A stretch of DNA of 64,000 bases from Anaerohalosphaeraceae bacterium (GTDB taxonomy: Bacteria; Planctomycetota; Phycisphaerae; Sedimentisphaerales; Anaerohalosphaeraceae), in the NCBI GenBank assembly GCA_963675525.2, contig CAXXSL010000011.1:160001-224000 (forward strand), written 5' to 3'. The notes under the pieces were generated by a model, which made no database searches, had not been told where the DNA came from, and was given only the letters and a program-made list of their open reading frames with translations. The stretch's first letter is position 1. The number at the start of each line of letters is the position of its first letter. Below, piece after piece: positions 10,670 to 20,937 of this stretch. Made by a program: the position numbers and the translations under genes.

Positions 10670-11710
10670 TTGGAAGCCATGAAAAAAAAATCACAAGTCA
10701 GTCTCAAGCAGATAGGTGAAGCAACGAATCTGTCGATCACCACGGTCTCGCGGGTTTTGCGGGGACAAGGCGAAATCTCGGAAAAAACACGCCAGAAGGT
10801 CCTCAAGGTAGCCAGAGAATTAAATTATCGCCCCAATTTACTTATCCAGGGAATCCAGACGGGCAGAACCGGCAACATCGGCGTCATGGTTCCTCCATAC
10901 AATCCTTACTGGACAGAGGTCCTCAAGGGGATTCATGACCAACTGGTCGAAGCAGACTATGCTCCAATTACTCTTTGGGACGATTCAGACGTAGCCGGAG
11001 ATGACACCGAAGCGTTCATGCTCAAGCAGATGCATCGGCTGATTGACAGACGAGTGGATGGGGTCATTCTCTGGCCCAAGGTCAGCGAAGTCTTCGGCGC
11101 ACATTTAGATGAGTTGGAAAGTCGACAACTGCCGGTAGTAACAATTGACCACGAATTGCCTTTTGCTGATTCCGTTGTGACAGATGAAGAAGTAGGAGCA
11201 TCTCTTGTCGCCAAGCACCTTTATGATTTGGGACATCGGCGAATCGGACACCTAGCCGGAGAACCACACTGGACATGGGCCAGGTTAAGGCGTGAATGTT
11301 TTGAAAAAAAACTCGCTCAATATTCCGAGACACACTGTATTACCGTTGTCGGTTCCGACGAAGCCAAGCATATCCCAGCCGCAGCAAGAGAGCTTTTATC
11401 CGTCACCCCAAGGCCCACTGCGATATTTGCCTGCAGCGACTGGGTGGCATTTGAAATATATAATGTCGCCATGGAAATGGGAATCCGAATTCCCGACGAT
11501 ATCTCGATTGTAGGCTACAGTGATACCTATAAGCTGTCTCAATTCATTAACCCTCCCCTAACAACAGTGCGTCAGAAACCTCGTAAAATCGGTCGCACCG
11601 CGGCTAAACTCATGATCGAACAGTTGAATTCGGAATCAGCATCACAAACACAAAAACATGTTAACATTAAATGTGAGCTAACTGTCCGGGAATCGACACG
11701 CCGGATTTAA
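10670..11710 (+). CDS. LacI family transcriptional regulator
   Basis: SLKQIGEATNLSITTVSRVL HTH; LNYRPN; PTAIFACSD, IPDDISIVGY, PPLTTVRQ. Confidence 0.95.
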   Translation: MEAMKKKSQVSLKQIGEATNLSITTVSRVLRGQGEISEKTRQKVLKVARELNYRPNLLIQGIQTGRTGNIGVMVPPYNPYWTEVLKGIHDQLVEADYAPITLWDDSDVAGDDTEAFMLKQMHRLIDRRVDGVILWPKVSEVFGAHLDELESRQLPVVTIDHELPFADSVVTDEEVGASLVAKHLYDLGHRRIGHLAGEPHWTWARLRRECFEKKLAQYSETHCITVVGSDEAKHIPAAARELLSVTPRPTAIFACSDWVAFEIYNVAMEMGIRIPDDISIVGYSDTYKLSQFINPPLTTVRQKPRKIGRTAAKLMIEQLNSESASQTQKHVNIKCELTVRESTRRI

Positions 11711-11716
11711 AGTGAT

Positions 11717-12907
11717 TTACGAATTGTGCTTTCGTTGTTGATTCTTTCTGATCAACCCAAGCCGCTGTTGCACAGAAGCATACGTCCGACCCGCATCAGA
11801 TGGAGTATTCGTTACATAATCAATCAAAAGATCAAGCGTGGATGTCGCCACATGCGTGCGTGTATCCGAGGATGCATAATAGATATAGACCGTTCCGTCA
11901 TCATCTGCGATCCAGCCGTTGCAGAACAGAACATTAGAAACATCCCCGACCCGTTCGCAACCTTCCGGTGCCATGAAATAACCTCCCGGCATATGGGTCA
12001 CTTTCCAGGGGTGGTTCGGATCGGTCATGAACAGATAAAGTACATAGCGAAGACCGGCCGCCGTATTCCGAACGCCATGCGCACATTGCAACCAACCTTT
12101 TGATGTTTTCAGCGGAGCTGGACCAAGCCCGTTTTTGGATTCTTTTATCGTATGATAAATTCTGTCATCGATAATAATTTTATTGTCGACCTTCGCATTT
12201 TCAATGGTGTCAGACAAGCCCCAGCCAATGCCGCCTCCGGAACCGGCTTCGATAAAGCCATCCTGTGGACGCGTGTAAAAGGCGTATTTCCCCTCAATAA
12301 ATTCGGGATGCAGAACAACATTGCGCTGCTGGGGTGACGGCGATTGAAGATTGGGTAGCCGCTCCCAATGTTTCATGTCTTTTGTACGCGCAATCCCCGC
12401 CTGGGCAACCGCCGACGACGTATCACTGGCAGGTGCCTGAGGGTCTTTGGATTCAACACAGAAAAGCCCATAGATCCAACCGTCTTCGTGCTGAACCAGA
12501 CGCAGGTCGTACACATTTGTTTCGGCTGGTGACAATTCGGGCATCACAACGGGCTCGTCCCAAAATACGAAGTTATCAATTCCATTCGGACTTTCGGCAA
12601 TTGCAAAAAATGACTTTCGATCTGTACCCTCAACTCTAGCGGCAACACAATAGTTGCCCTGAAATTTAATGGCCCCGGCATTAAACACGGCATTAATCGC
12701 CAATCTTTCCATCAAAAAAGGGTTGTCCTGCGGACTCAGATCATATCGCCATTCAATTGGGACATGCTCAGTCGTCAAAATCGGATTTTTATAGCGGTGG
12801 CATATGCCGTTCGTCTCAGATATTTCTTCATTAATGAGTGAAAGGTATTGACGTTGTCTCAAATAGAGTTGCTTTAAACGACTGTTGTATGTGTTTCTAT
12901 CCGCCAT
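11717..12907 (-). CDS. GH130 4-O-beta-D-mannosyl-D-glucose phosphorylase
   Basis: [68 protein letters not shown]. Start placed at the ATG at 12907 (the ORF extends to 12955). Confidence 0.92.
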   Translation of the reverse strand: MADRNTYNSRLKQLYLRQRQYLSLINEEISETNGICHRYKNPILTTEHVPIEWRYDLSPQDNPFLMERLAINAVFNAGAIKFQGNYCVAARVEGTDRKSFFAIAESPNGIDNFVFWDEPVVMPELSPAETNVYDLRLVQHEDGWIYGLFCVESKDPQAPASDTSSAVAQAGIARTKDMKHWERLPNLQSPSPQQRNVVLHPEFIEGKYAFYTRPQDGFIEAGSGGGIGWGLSDTIENAKVDNKIIIDDRIYHTIKESKNGLGPAPLKTSKGWLQCAHGVRNTAAGLRYVLYLFMTDPNHPWKVTHMPGGYFMAPEGCERVGDVSNVLFCNGWIADDDGTVYIYYASSDTRTHVATSTLDLLIDYVTNTPSDAGRTYASVQQRLGLIRKNQQRKHNS

Positions 12908-14144
12908 AAATATATGATCCATTGGGGTAATGGTGCTTTGAAAGCAAAGCATCAATACGTTTGATTACTTCAAGACAAGCTCTTATGTTATGATAGGGGC
13001 TCTTCCATATCGACACCTTTGGGTAGCCGTCATCAGGAACGCCATGGGAATCAACCTTCCAATACCATTCGCCATGTTTTCTATCGGCAAGGAATTCCTG
13101 AATAAAATCCCATATAGAAAAAACCGTTTCACGATATTCATCCTGACCGGTAATTTCCCAAGCATTAAGAAAACCAACAAGTCCCTCAGCTTGCACCCAA
13201 AAATGCTTATCGGTGTCCAGATTTCCCTGTCCATCTATTTCATAATTTAAACCACCTGTCCCCAATCCTTCGGAATAGACACTTTCCGCAAGCTTTCCCG
13301 CGATATATTCATAGCGAGTCAGTATTTCCGGATCGCCCAAGACTTTTGCAGCCTCATGGATCAACCAACTGGCTTCGATTTCATGACCGAAAGAAATCCC
13401 CTGTGAGCGAACATTCCAAGCATCATCAAAAAATAGTCCGAAGTGCCCCGTATCCGACTGAATGATCTTTTCACGAAATATCTCTAATAACATTATTAAC
13501 CGATATTTAAGCACATTATCTTCACAGATAGAGTAGAGATTGGTAAATGCTTCAAGAGTATGCAGATGCGTATTCATCGATTTACATTCATTCATGTCCT
13601 TGTCACTTAACCGCTGATCTTCAGCAAGGGTCCAGTTCCTTTCGCAGACCTCGTAATAGCCCAGATTATTTTTATCGAACGCATGTTGCTCCAAATGCAT
13701 AAACAACTCTATGGCTTGATTTCGAATTGCCGAATGCGGGTAACATTTATAGAACTCACTCAGAGCATAAATTAAAAATGCCTGCCCATAAGTTTTTTTC
13801 TTAGTATCATCCGGTTGACCTTCCGTAGAAAGCAGCCAATAGGCCCCACCAAACTCCTGATCCAGAAAATGAGCTTTAATATATACATAGCATTCTCTGG
13901 CAAGCTTTAAATACTTAAGGTCAGATTTAAAACGGTAAAGTGATGAAAATGTCCAGAGCAAACGAGCATGAAACACCAGCCCTTTAGACGTCGACTCTTT
14001 CACAAGATCATTCGACATCCTGCTGGTAAATCCATTCTCTCTATCCTTTACATGTGTCAGCCAGAATGGTAATAAATTCATTTCCAATTCATGGTTAACA
14101 GCTTGACGAAGCGATTTAAATGTATTCTGTACTGTTTTCATCAC
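12897..14144 (-). CDS. Cellobiose/mannobiose 2-epimerase (AGE family)
   Basis: [69 protein letters not shown]. Confidence 0.92.
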   Translation of the reverse strand: MMKTVQNTFKSLRQAVNHELEMNLLPFWLTHVKDRENGFTSRMSNDLVKESTSKGLVFHARLLWTFSSLYRFKSDLKYLKLARECYVYIKAHFLDQEFGGAYWLLSTEGQPDDTKKKTYGQAFLIYALSEFYKCYPHSAIRNQAIELFMHLEQHAFDKNNLGYYEVCERNWTLAEDQRLSDKDMNECKSMNTHLHTLEAFTNLYSICEDNVLKYRLIMLLEIFREKIIQSDTGHFGLFFDDAWNVRSQGISFGHEIEASWLIHEAAKVLGDPEILTRYEYIAGKLAESVYSEGLGTGGLNYEIDGQGNLDTDKHFWVQAEGLVGFLNAWEITGQDEYRETVFSIWDFIQEFLADRKHGEWYWKVDSHGVPDDGYPKVSIWKSPYHNIRACLEVIKRIDALLSKHHYPNGSYIYGG

Positions 14145-14536
14145 TTTTTATATTCACATATCCATATTGATTCACAATTAAATTCTGGAAAAACTCTGCT
14201 TTCTCCTTTTTTAGACCTATATTCCATTTTATACCTAGGTTTTCATCCGCATGTATCATCGTAACAGATATACCCGCCAACAATCTTTTATTATACTTTT
14301 ATTAATATAGAAAATCAAGAAAAAAAGCTAAACAAATATTTGCGTTGATATTAACACGAACATTTTCGTTAAAACGACCCTATTGGCCGGATTAAAGCGA
14401 TTTTGATTTCATAAATTAGAGCCAATTCTTACGGTGATTTCACCGGAAATCCACTGTAATGCTCTCTTGCTTGACTTGGGACCTTGATTGCCAGGCCGCA
14501 GTATGCTTTCAGCAGTAATGCAGATCAATTCGATAT

Positions 14537-16693
14537 TTATTTCTTTTTGCGTTCGACAAGATACCACATTGTACCATATTCAGGCTTGAGACGTAATACA
14601 TTCTCCATGACAGCGAACTGTTCTCTGATCGTTCCGTCGGGTTTTAATATTTTGCATGTCATTGTGTGTCCAGTTATTGAAGACGGCAATTTGACTGACC
14701 CTTCGACCGGTTCGATCAGGACGGGTGCCCTGCCCCAATGGTTTCCGATAGTGCGGCGGTCTTCAGAAAATTTCATGTCTGTATTTTCACAACGGCCACA
14801 GGCGGTAATGAGTATTTTTGTACTACTCCCGATGGGTTTTCCATCCAGCGATGTGATTGTCATTACGATAAAACCGGGGTGGTCAATTTTCACAAATACA
14901 TCCTCAACGACAGACTGAAACCATTTTGCGCTTCCGGCCATGATACGGCATTGATCGTTTCGGACCAGGTATAAACCTTCATCGCCAAGGGCACTCCATG
15001 TTAGATTGGCTTTTTCTGCCGGATTTACTTCGGTTGGCCGTTGCCGGATTTTTTTCGGATGATATGGGGCATGATAGAACGCTGTCGAAACCATATAGGG
15101 ATAGATTGGTCCAAAAAAAGCCAGCATGTTCTGCTCAATTTCCCAATGAACACGTACCAGACTTTCGGTAATATTTGCCTCTGAGGTCGTCAAAGCAGCT
15201 AGTGTCTGTTCGGCAAAAGGTTTCAACCCGACATCTCGAAAAATCGCCGCACCTGCCTGCATAAATCCCCACTTGGAAGGATTTGTGTCAATGTCAAAAA
15301 AATTACTGAGATGCTTGCGGCCCCACTGGTCATTCTCATGGGAATAAGTGTATAACCAAAGGCCATCCCAGTCCTGGGCCGCCGCAAACGAGGCAATCAT
15401 CGGCACACACTCGGCTTGTGAATCCAGCGGCGCTGAGTGGTTATATTCGGTTACGGTAAAAGGCTTGCCTTCCATCCGCTGTGCGGCCAATCGAGGCAGA
15501 ACACTTTCTTGCGGGCGGTAGCTCATCGGTTTTTGGTTAATGAACCAATCGGCCTCATCCCAGTCACGATTGGGAAATTTCGGATGTTGCCAATAGGCAT
15601 GGCTGTCAATAAAATCCATGTTGCTTTGTGTATAAAGACTCATTGGGCTAAAAACAATGGTGCCGGTAATCATCGCCTTACAATTCAGCTCATCGGTGAG
15701 GAATCGTTTCATCTCATCATAGTAGGTCTTTTCGGTTTCCGCCAGAAATACCATGCGATCAACCTTGCGGTGTGTGGATTCACTCTCAGCGAAGACTTGG
15801 ATGTTTCCTTCTTTCAGAGATTCACTGCTCATTGTACCGCACGGCGCACCGGAATCCGGTAGCCATGCTTTTTTCAAATTATCGACTGTACTGTATTTTT
15901 TCATCAGCCAGACATTGTATTGCTCTTGCAGGAGTTGAGCATAAAAAGGGGGCAAATTTCGCAGCGTATGCTCGGCATTCCAGTTTGATAAATTATTTTC
16001 ATTCCCATCGGACATAAATACGCTGTCTTCATTCGAAATTTCCACGATTGCAACAGCGTAATCCTCGGCATATGTCATGTTCTCGCGATACTTGTTCCGG
16101 CGGGTCAACAGGCGGCAGGCATATTCTTTTTGAGCTTCCATCAATTGCGGTGTAAAAAGATCCACCACTTTGTCAAACTCCCGCCCCGATTCCGGGATAT
16201 CCAGGTCGATACTGAATTTCTTGCCAACATGTAGATTGATATTGGTGTAAATACCGTGCTTGGCCAGTTGGTCAATGAGAAAATCGAGTCGGTCCAGGGC
16301 CTCCGGATGAAAGTCTTTGCCATTTTTATCCCAGATACCATAGGGCCAGTTTCGAGTATCCATGTGATGGCAGCGGACAGAATTGACCCCCGCTGCAGCC
16401 AGACGCTTAACCAACCGCCTGGAATCCTCATGTGTGGGGAAATTGGCAGCAAAAGACAGATTCACACCCCAAAGACGAATTCGTTGTCCTGATTGGTTAT
16501 AAAAGTGGGACTTTGCACACAAGCGGTCTTTGGACTCCAGAGGATGGAAAGTCATTGCAATTTCCGACTCGGGATGTATATCGGCAGGTATTACAAACGG
16601 GACCATTTCTGCTGCAACTTTAAAAAAAGGCAAGAGTGGAAATAGCCCCATAATTACCAAAATGTTTAATTTCTTCATTATCAAGTTTTCCAA
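14537..16693 (-). CDS. Secreted clan GH-A-like (GH5-related) glycoside hydrolase
   Basis: Signal peptide; RLWGVNL, GVNSVRCHHMD, GIYTNINLHV, EISNED, DSHAYWQHP, KPFTVTEYN. Confidence 0.7.
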   Translation of the reverse strand: MENLIMKKLNILVIMGLFPLLPFFKVAAEMVPFVIPADIHPESEIAMTFHPLESKDRLCAKSHFYNQSGQRIRLWGVNLSFAANFPTHEDSRRLVKRLAAAGVNSVRCHHMDTRNWPYGIWDKNGKDFHPEALDRLDFLIDQLAKHGIYTNINLHVGKKFSIDLDIPESGREFDKVVDLFTPQLMEAQKEYACRLLTRRNKYRENMTYAEDYAVAIVEISNEDSVFMSDGNENNLSNWNAEHTLRNLPPFYAQLLQEQYNVWLMKKYSTVDNLKKAWLPDSGAPCGTMSSESLKEGNIQVFAESESTHRKVDRMVFLAETEKTYYDEMKRFLTDELNCKAMITGTIVFSPMSLYTQSNMDFIDSHAYWQHPKFPNRDWDEADWFINQKPMSYRPQESVLPRLAAQRMEGKPFTVTEYNHSAPLDSQAECVPMIASFAAAQDWDGLWLYTYSHENDQWGRKHLSNFFDIDTNPSKWGFMQAGAAIFRDVGLKPFAEQTLAALTTSEANITESLVRVHWEIEQNMLAFFGPIYPYMVSTAFYHAPYHPKKIRQRPTEVNPAEKANLTWSALGDEGLYLVRNDQCRIMAGSAKWFQSVVEDVFVKIDHPGFIVMTITSLDGKPIGSSTKILITACGRCENTDMKFSEDRRTIGNHWGRAPVLIEPVEGSVKLPSSITGHTMTCKILKPDGTIREQFAVMENVLRLKPEYGTMWYLVERKKK

Positions 16694-16834
16694 TTAAGAT
16701 TCATAGATCTGATCATTTTCACTTGTCGAGACTGTAACAATATCAGCCGCTTTTCGATCACTCTTCATTTAAAAGTTTAGTGCATAATTGTGAAAATATT
16801 AGACGGACGGACAACGAATCCGTGCGTCGGCGAT

Positions 16835-17599
16835 TCACGGTTGGGCTTTAATTCCCATAAGTATGTCGGATAGTTCAGTGTGGATGTGACCATTGGTGCC
16901 AAGGGTTTCGACGGGGATGTTATTGGGCTTACCCGCAAAATCGGTAACAGTTCCGCCTGCCTCCTGAAGGATGAGCATCCCGGCGGCCATGTCATAGATT
17001 TTCAAATTCAATTCCCAGTATCCATCCATCCTGCCGCAGGCAACATAGGCCAGATTGATCGCCGATGAACCATACTGGCGGACTCCACGGATGATGGGGA
17101 CAATCTTGTTGAAATAGGACAGATTGTGATGCGGTTTATAACCGAAGTCGGTGGCAAGAACGCACTCTGAAAGTGCGTTGCGATCGGAGGCATGGATTGG
17201 TTTCTCATTTAATGTGGCCCCTTTGCTTCTTTCGGCCATGAACAGTTCACCCAGCACAGGGATGTTGACCGCAGCCAAAACCAACTCACTATTTTTTTCC
17301 AGTGCAATGGAGTTACTGAAGAAGGGCTGATCATGCACGAATGAGGTGGTTCCATCGATGGGATCGATGACCCAACGGTATTCATTGCCGGCGTGTGTAC
17401 CTGATTCTTCGCCGAGAATGCTATGGTACGGATAAGTCTGTTTGATCTGTTCTACGAGATACTTTTCCACGGCGACATCGGCTTCAGTCACGATTTCTTT
17501 TTCGCTTTTGCGGTCGACCTGAACAGTCGACAGTCGGGCTTTATAGTCCATTGCGATCTTTCCCGCTTGGATACTGATCATTTTTAAGAATTTTTTCAT
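16835..17599 (-). CDS. Inositol monophosphatase family protein
   Basis: VTEADVAVE, ILGEE, WVIDPIDGTTSFVH, DGYWE, YDMAAG. Confidence 0.93.
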   Translation of the reverse strand: MKKFLKMISIQAGKIAMDYKARLSTVQVDRKSEKEIVTEADVAVEKYLVEQIKQTYPYHSILGEESGTHAGNEYRWVIDPIDGTTSFVHDQPFFSNSIALEKNSELVLAAVNIPVLGELFMAERSKGATLNEKPIHASDRNALSECVLATDFGYKPHHNLSYFNKIVPIIRGVRQYGSSAINLAYVACGRMDGYWELNLKIYDMAAGMLILQEAGGTVTDFAGKPNNIPVETLGTNGHIHTELSDILMGIKAQP

Positions 17600-17881
17600 T
17601 ATTTAACTGAGAATTCCCATATAATATTTCGTATCTTAACTCAGCCACACCGCTGAGCCCGTAAGGGACTGTCAAGCATCTTTCGCCCTTTTTATCTTCG
17701 TTCTTTCAATGGTCATGGTTACTCTTTGCCTTCCACCCCCCGGAGTGGAAAGTTTATATCTGTTGTACGTCTTCAAAAGCCTTGAGACAAATTAGAATTT
17801 TTCGTTAGAGACGATTTTGGTTCCGTTTTCATTATTCTACTGTTTACTTTCTTCCTTTCAAGAACTGTTTTTGCCTTCAAT

Positions 17882-17998
17882 TTAGCTCGCTGTGTCAGGA
17901 GGCCCAAGGTGACTTGAAGGACAATTTCCAATGACAATTTTATCAATGATGACGCCCGGATCGTGAACCGCCGACAAACGGATTTTCAGGCAGTTTTC
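17882..17998 (-). pseudogene. Short remnant resembling the C-terminus of a GH115-type glycosidase
   Basis: Minus strand reads ENCLKIRLSAVHDPGVIIDKIVIGNCPSSHLGPPDTAS*. In-frame stop just upstream and no start codon. Confidence 0.55.
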
Positions 17999-18118
17999 TG
18001 GCAGAATTTATCTTTATTTTTTTTGTTACCTTTTTCATAAGCAAATCATACTAATTTTTTTGCTTTTTGAATGACGCAATTTTCGGAGGGAAGGTCAAGT
18101 ATTGAGTGGGTCTGCTGT

Positions 18119-20929
18119 TTAAAATTGTCCCTGGAACTGCCAATAAAGAGCAAACTCCGACAAATCCTTCATATTGATTATCTTATTTTTCCTGTCGGCA
18201 ATATCCCTGCTCGAATTTTGCCCCGAATTCAACCATACATCAGCCAGTTCCGAAAGGTCAGCTATATCAACAACCGTGTCCATTGTAAAATCTGACTGAG
18301 CAAAACTGATCGTATCGATAACCCCATGATACGTACCGTCAAGATTATAACCGTGCTGCAGCAGATTCAATTCTGTGCCGTCGATCCGGACCTCCGTCCA
18401 GCCGTGGATTAAACCACCACCCTCAGGCAGTCCCGGAATATCCTGCGCACCGCCGACGGTCATATGCGGCCAGTCTTCGGTAATCGATTCGACAATATCA
18501 AGATAGCTGCAGACGCCGGTAATTACGTAAAACGTTCCATCGAGCAGGCCGCGTTCATATTCATGCGTATGCCCGCTGAAACACATCTGAACATGATACT
18601 GATTCAACAGTGGTACAAGATACGTCTGCATCAGAGGGCTGCCGTCGAACCATCGTTCACAATAGGGCGGAACGTGAATAAACAAAAACCGCCATGTCGC
18701 GTTTTGCGCCATATCAGAAGCGAGGTCCTGCTCAATCCAGTTTAAAGGCAAAGAACTAATCCAACCGTCGGACGGCAGTGTGCCGTCATTGAGCTGTGAA
18801 TAGTTGACACAGGTAAAATGAGCATTGCCGTAATTAAATGAGAACGTGCCCATGCCGCTGTTCTGTACGGCCTTGTGTACCAAGCTGGTCTCGGGCTCAT
18901 CGTGATTGCCAAAGGCCACGAAAAACGGTTTTTGCCTGCCGAGAATATCACAGACGTAAGGCCTGAACGCCGTTTCGTACCAGTAATACGTGTGATAATC
19001 CACAACATCACCCACAGAAACAGCCATATCCGTCATGGAAGCCATATCCGTAAACATCGCGGTGCTGCACTCCGGGTGTGTTGGGCTTCCGGATAATCTT
19101 CTGGCGACCTGTTGACTGTCGCCCCAAACCCCGAAAGTAAATGGCGTCTCATCATTCGGGGCCGTTGTAAATGTCGCATCAATGCTTACCGTTAAGCCGT
19201 TATGGGCACGGTAATGATACGTTGTTTGTGTGCCAAGGCCGGAAATTCTTACCTTACAGAAATAAACTCCGGAGCCGGCATCAATACATAATCCTTCTGT
19301 CTGGTTTCCATATGAAACAGTCAAACCCCATTCGACTGTCGGCTTGACAATGCGGTCGGTTTCCCATGCAATAGTAATCGAGTCCTGGGTTACATTTTGC
19401 AGATACGGCTGAGATTCGAATACGCCAGCGGCATCCCCGGCAATTGTGACACTGAACGGCTCTGACCATTGGCTGATCTGGTCGTTGGAATCACGAGCGC
19501 GTGCACGTATATCATACGTACCGGGCACCGGCCAGGAATGCTGAACAACATAATCTGAATTCAACGGCTGAACGTCAGACCAAGCCGCAATGTCGGTGCC
19601 CCAATCAACCTGGTAATTTATTTCATTCGTGTCCGCAGAGGCAACGGAAAAAATAAATTCAATATCGTCTCCGGTGGCTCCTGAGGCCGAGGCCGAGACA
19701 AAAGGGGCAGCGGGATCACTGCCGCCGGGATACGCAAGCCTGTATTCAAAAACAAGGTCATCAAAGAAGACCTGACAGTCAGGCCCGTCGATACGTTGAG
19801 CAAGCAGTCGATAGTTGACAGAGCGTGTACCAGCAGGTATCACAAGCTCGTAGGGGTCCAGAAGATATACATGTGTCCAGTCCGCCAAACTTGCCCCAAC
19901 AATCCAGCCGCTGTCAACAGTCGATATGATTTCGTTCGTATTGAGAAACTCAACAATAATACGTCCTTCATCGATGTCGTAGCCGCCGATATCACCTTCG
20001 ATCACGGCTACGGAAAAACCATCGTCAATATCATCCGCTATAAATGACAGGTCAATCGTTTGATTGATTTCCCCCGCAGCAGCCCGTCCGGGCGTAAAAT
20101 AATGGTTGCCGGTATGCGGAAAGTGCCACCCGGTAATATTCGTTGCCTGCCAGTCATAGCCGTCGACAATAGTCCAGTTCGCTAAACCCGACTCGGCTGA
20201 AGCATTGGCAAGTAAATTCAGGCCGGCGCTGCTGGCCGCGGCCATCGACGGAGAAGCTCCGCCCAGAGACATGGCTTGGGCGCCCGTCAGGGCCTGGTCC
20301 CACATGGCAATATTGCTGCAATGAATCGCGGCATCTTCGCTGTTTTCATCCGCAAAAAAAAGAATTTCGGGGTCCAGTGAAAATCTGCCGTCTATTGACT
20401 GCGGCACTCCCTCGAGCCATAACACACCGTCAACGTAGATACGATAGAAATTGGAATTGCTGACGGATATGATAATACGATACCACGTTTCGGCGACGAT
20501 TGAATTTGAAGAGTACCCTGTGTCCGCAACGCCGACGGTTCCGCCGGGAGCGATAAAACAGTCACCGTCATTACTGTTGGCAGAATGGGTCTGAAAGAAA
20601 CATACCCAGCTTCCCAGACTGGCAGCCGGCACTTTAAAATCCATCATCAGCGACCAGTCATTGACAAAACTGCCGCCCGAGGGAGCGATGCCGTGAGTGC
20701 AGGAGTAATAGCCGCCAACCGGGTCCAATACGGCCCCATCACCGGCTTCAATGCCCGGCACCGCACTGTGGCCCCCAACAGAAGATAAAATCTGACCGGT
20801 CGTAGCCAACGACAAATTTCCGGAATCGTCAAACTTCCACAGACCAACCGGCGGAGGATAACTCGCCATGGCAAAATTCGTAAAAATTAAAATTGCGACA
20901 ATAACAAATGATAAATTTTTCAAAACCAC
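18119..20929 (-). CDS. Secreted purple-acid-phosphatase-like metallophosphoesterase with N-terminal LamG-like and PKD-like domains and a C-terminal dockerin-like motif
   Basis: QPYLQNVT..ITIAWET FN3-like module; WGDSQ, VGDVVD, FGNHD, FIHVPPY, FSGHTHEYER; tail DFTMDTVVDIADLSELADVWL. Confidence 0.85.
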   Translation of the reverse strand: MVLKNLSFVIVAILIFTNFAMASYPPPVGLWKFDDSGNLSLATTGQILSSVGGHSAVPGIEAGDGAVLDPVGGYYSCTHGIAPSGGSFVNDWSLMMDFKVPAASLGSWVCFFQTHSANSNDGDCFIAPGGTVGVADTGYSSNSIVAETWYRIIISVSNSNFYRIYVDGVLWLEGVPQSIDGRFSLDPEILFFADENSEDAAIHCSNIAMWDQALTGAQAMSLGGASPSMAAASSAGLNLLANASAESGLANWTIVDGYDWQATNITGWHFPHTGNHYFTPGRAAAGEINQTIDLSFIADDIDDGFSVAVIEGDIGGYDIDEGRIIVEFLNTNEIISTVDSGWIVGASLADWTHVYLLDPYELVIPAGTRSVNYRLLAQRIDGPDCQVFFDDLVFEYRLAYPGGSDPAAPFVSASASGATGDDIEFIFSVASADTNEINYQVDWGTDIAAWSDVQPLNSDYVVQHSWPVPGTYDIRARARDSNDQISQWSEPFSVTIAGDAAGVFESQPYLQNVTQDSITIAWETDRIVKPTVEWGLTVSYGNQTEGLCIDAGSGVYFCKVRISGLGTQTTYHYRAHNGLTVSIDATFTTAPNDETPFTFGVWGDSQQVARRLSGSPTHPECSTAMFTDMASMTDMAVSVGDVVDYHTYYWYETAFRPYVCDILGRQKPFFVAFGNHDEPETSLVHKAVQNSGMGTFSFNYGNAHFTCVNYSQLNDGTLPSDGWISSLPLNWIEQDLASDMAQNATWRFLFIHVPPYCERWFDGSPLMQTYLVPLLNQYHVQMCFSGHTHEYERGLLDGTFYVITGVCSYLDIVESITEDWPHMTVGGAQDIPGLPEGGGLIHGWTEVRIDGTELNLLQHGYNLDGTYHGVIDTISFAQSDFTMDTVVDIADLSELADVWLNSGQNSSRDIADRKNKIINMKDLSEFALYWQFQGQF

Positions 20930-20937
20930 CCCCTAAT

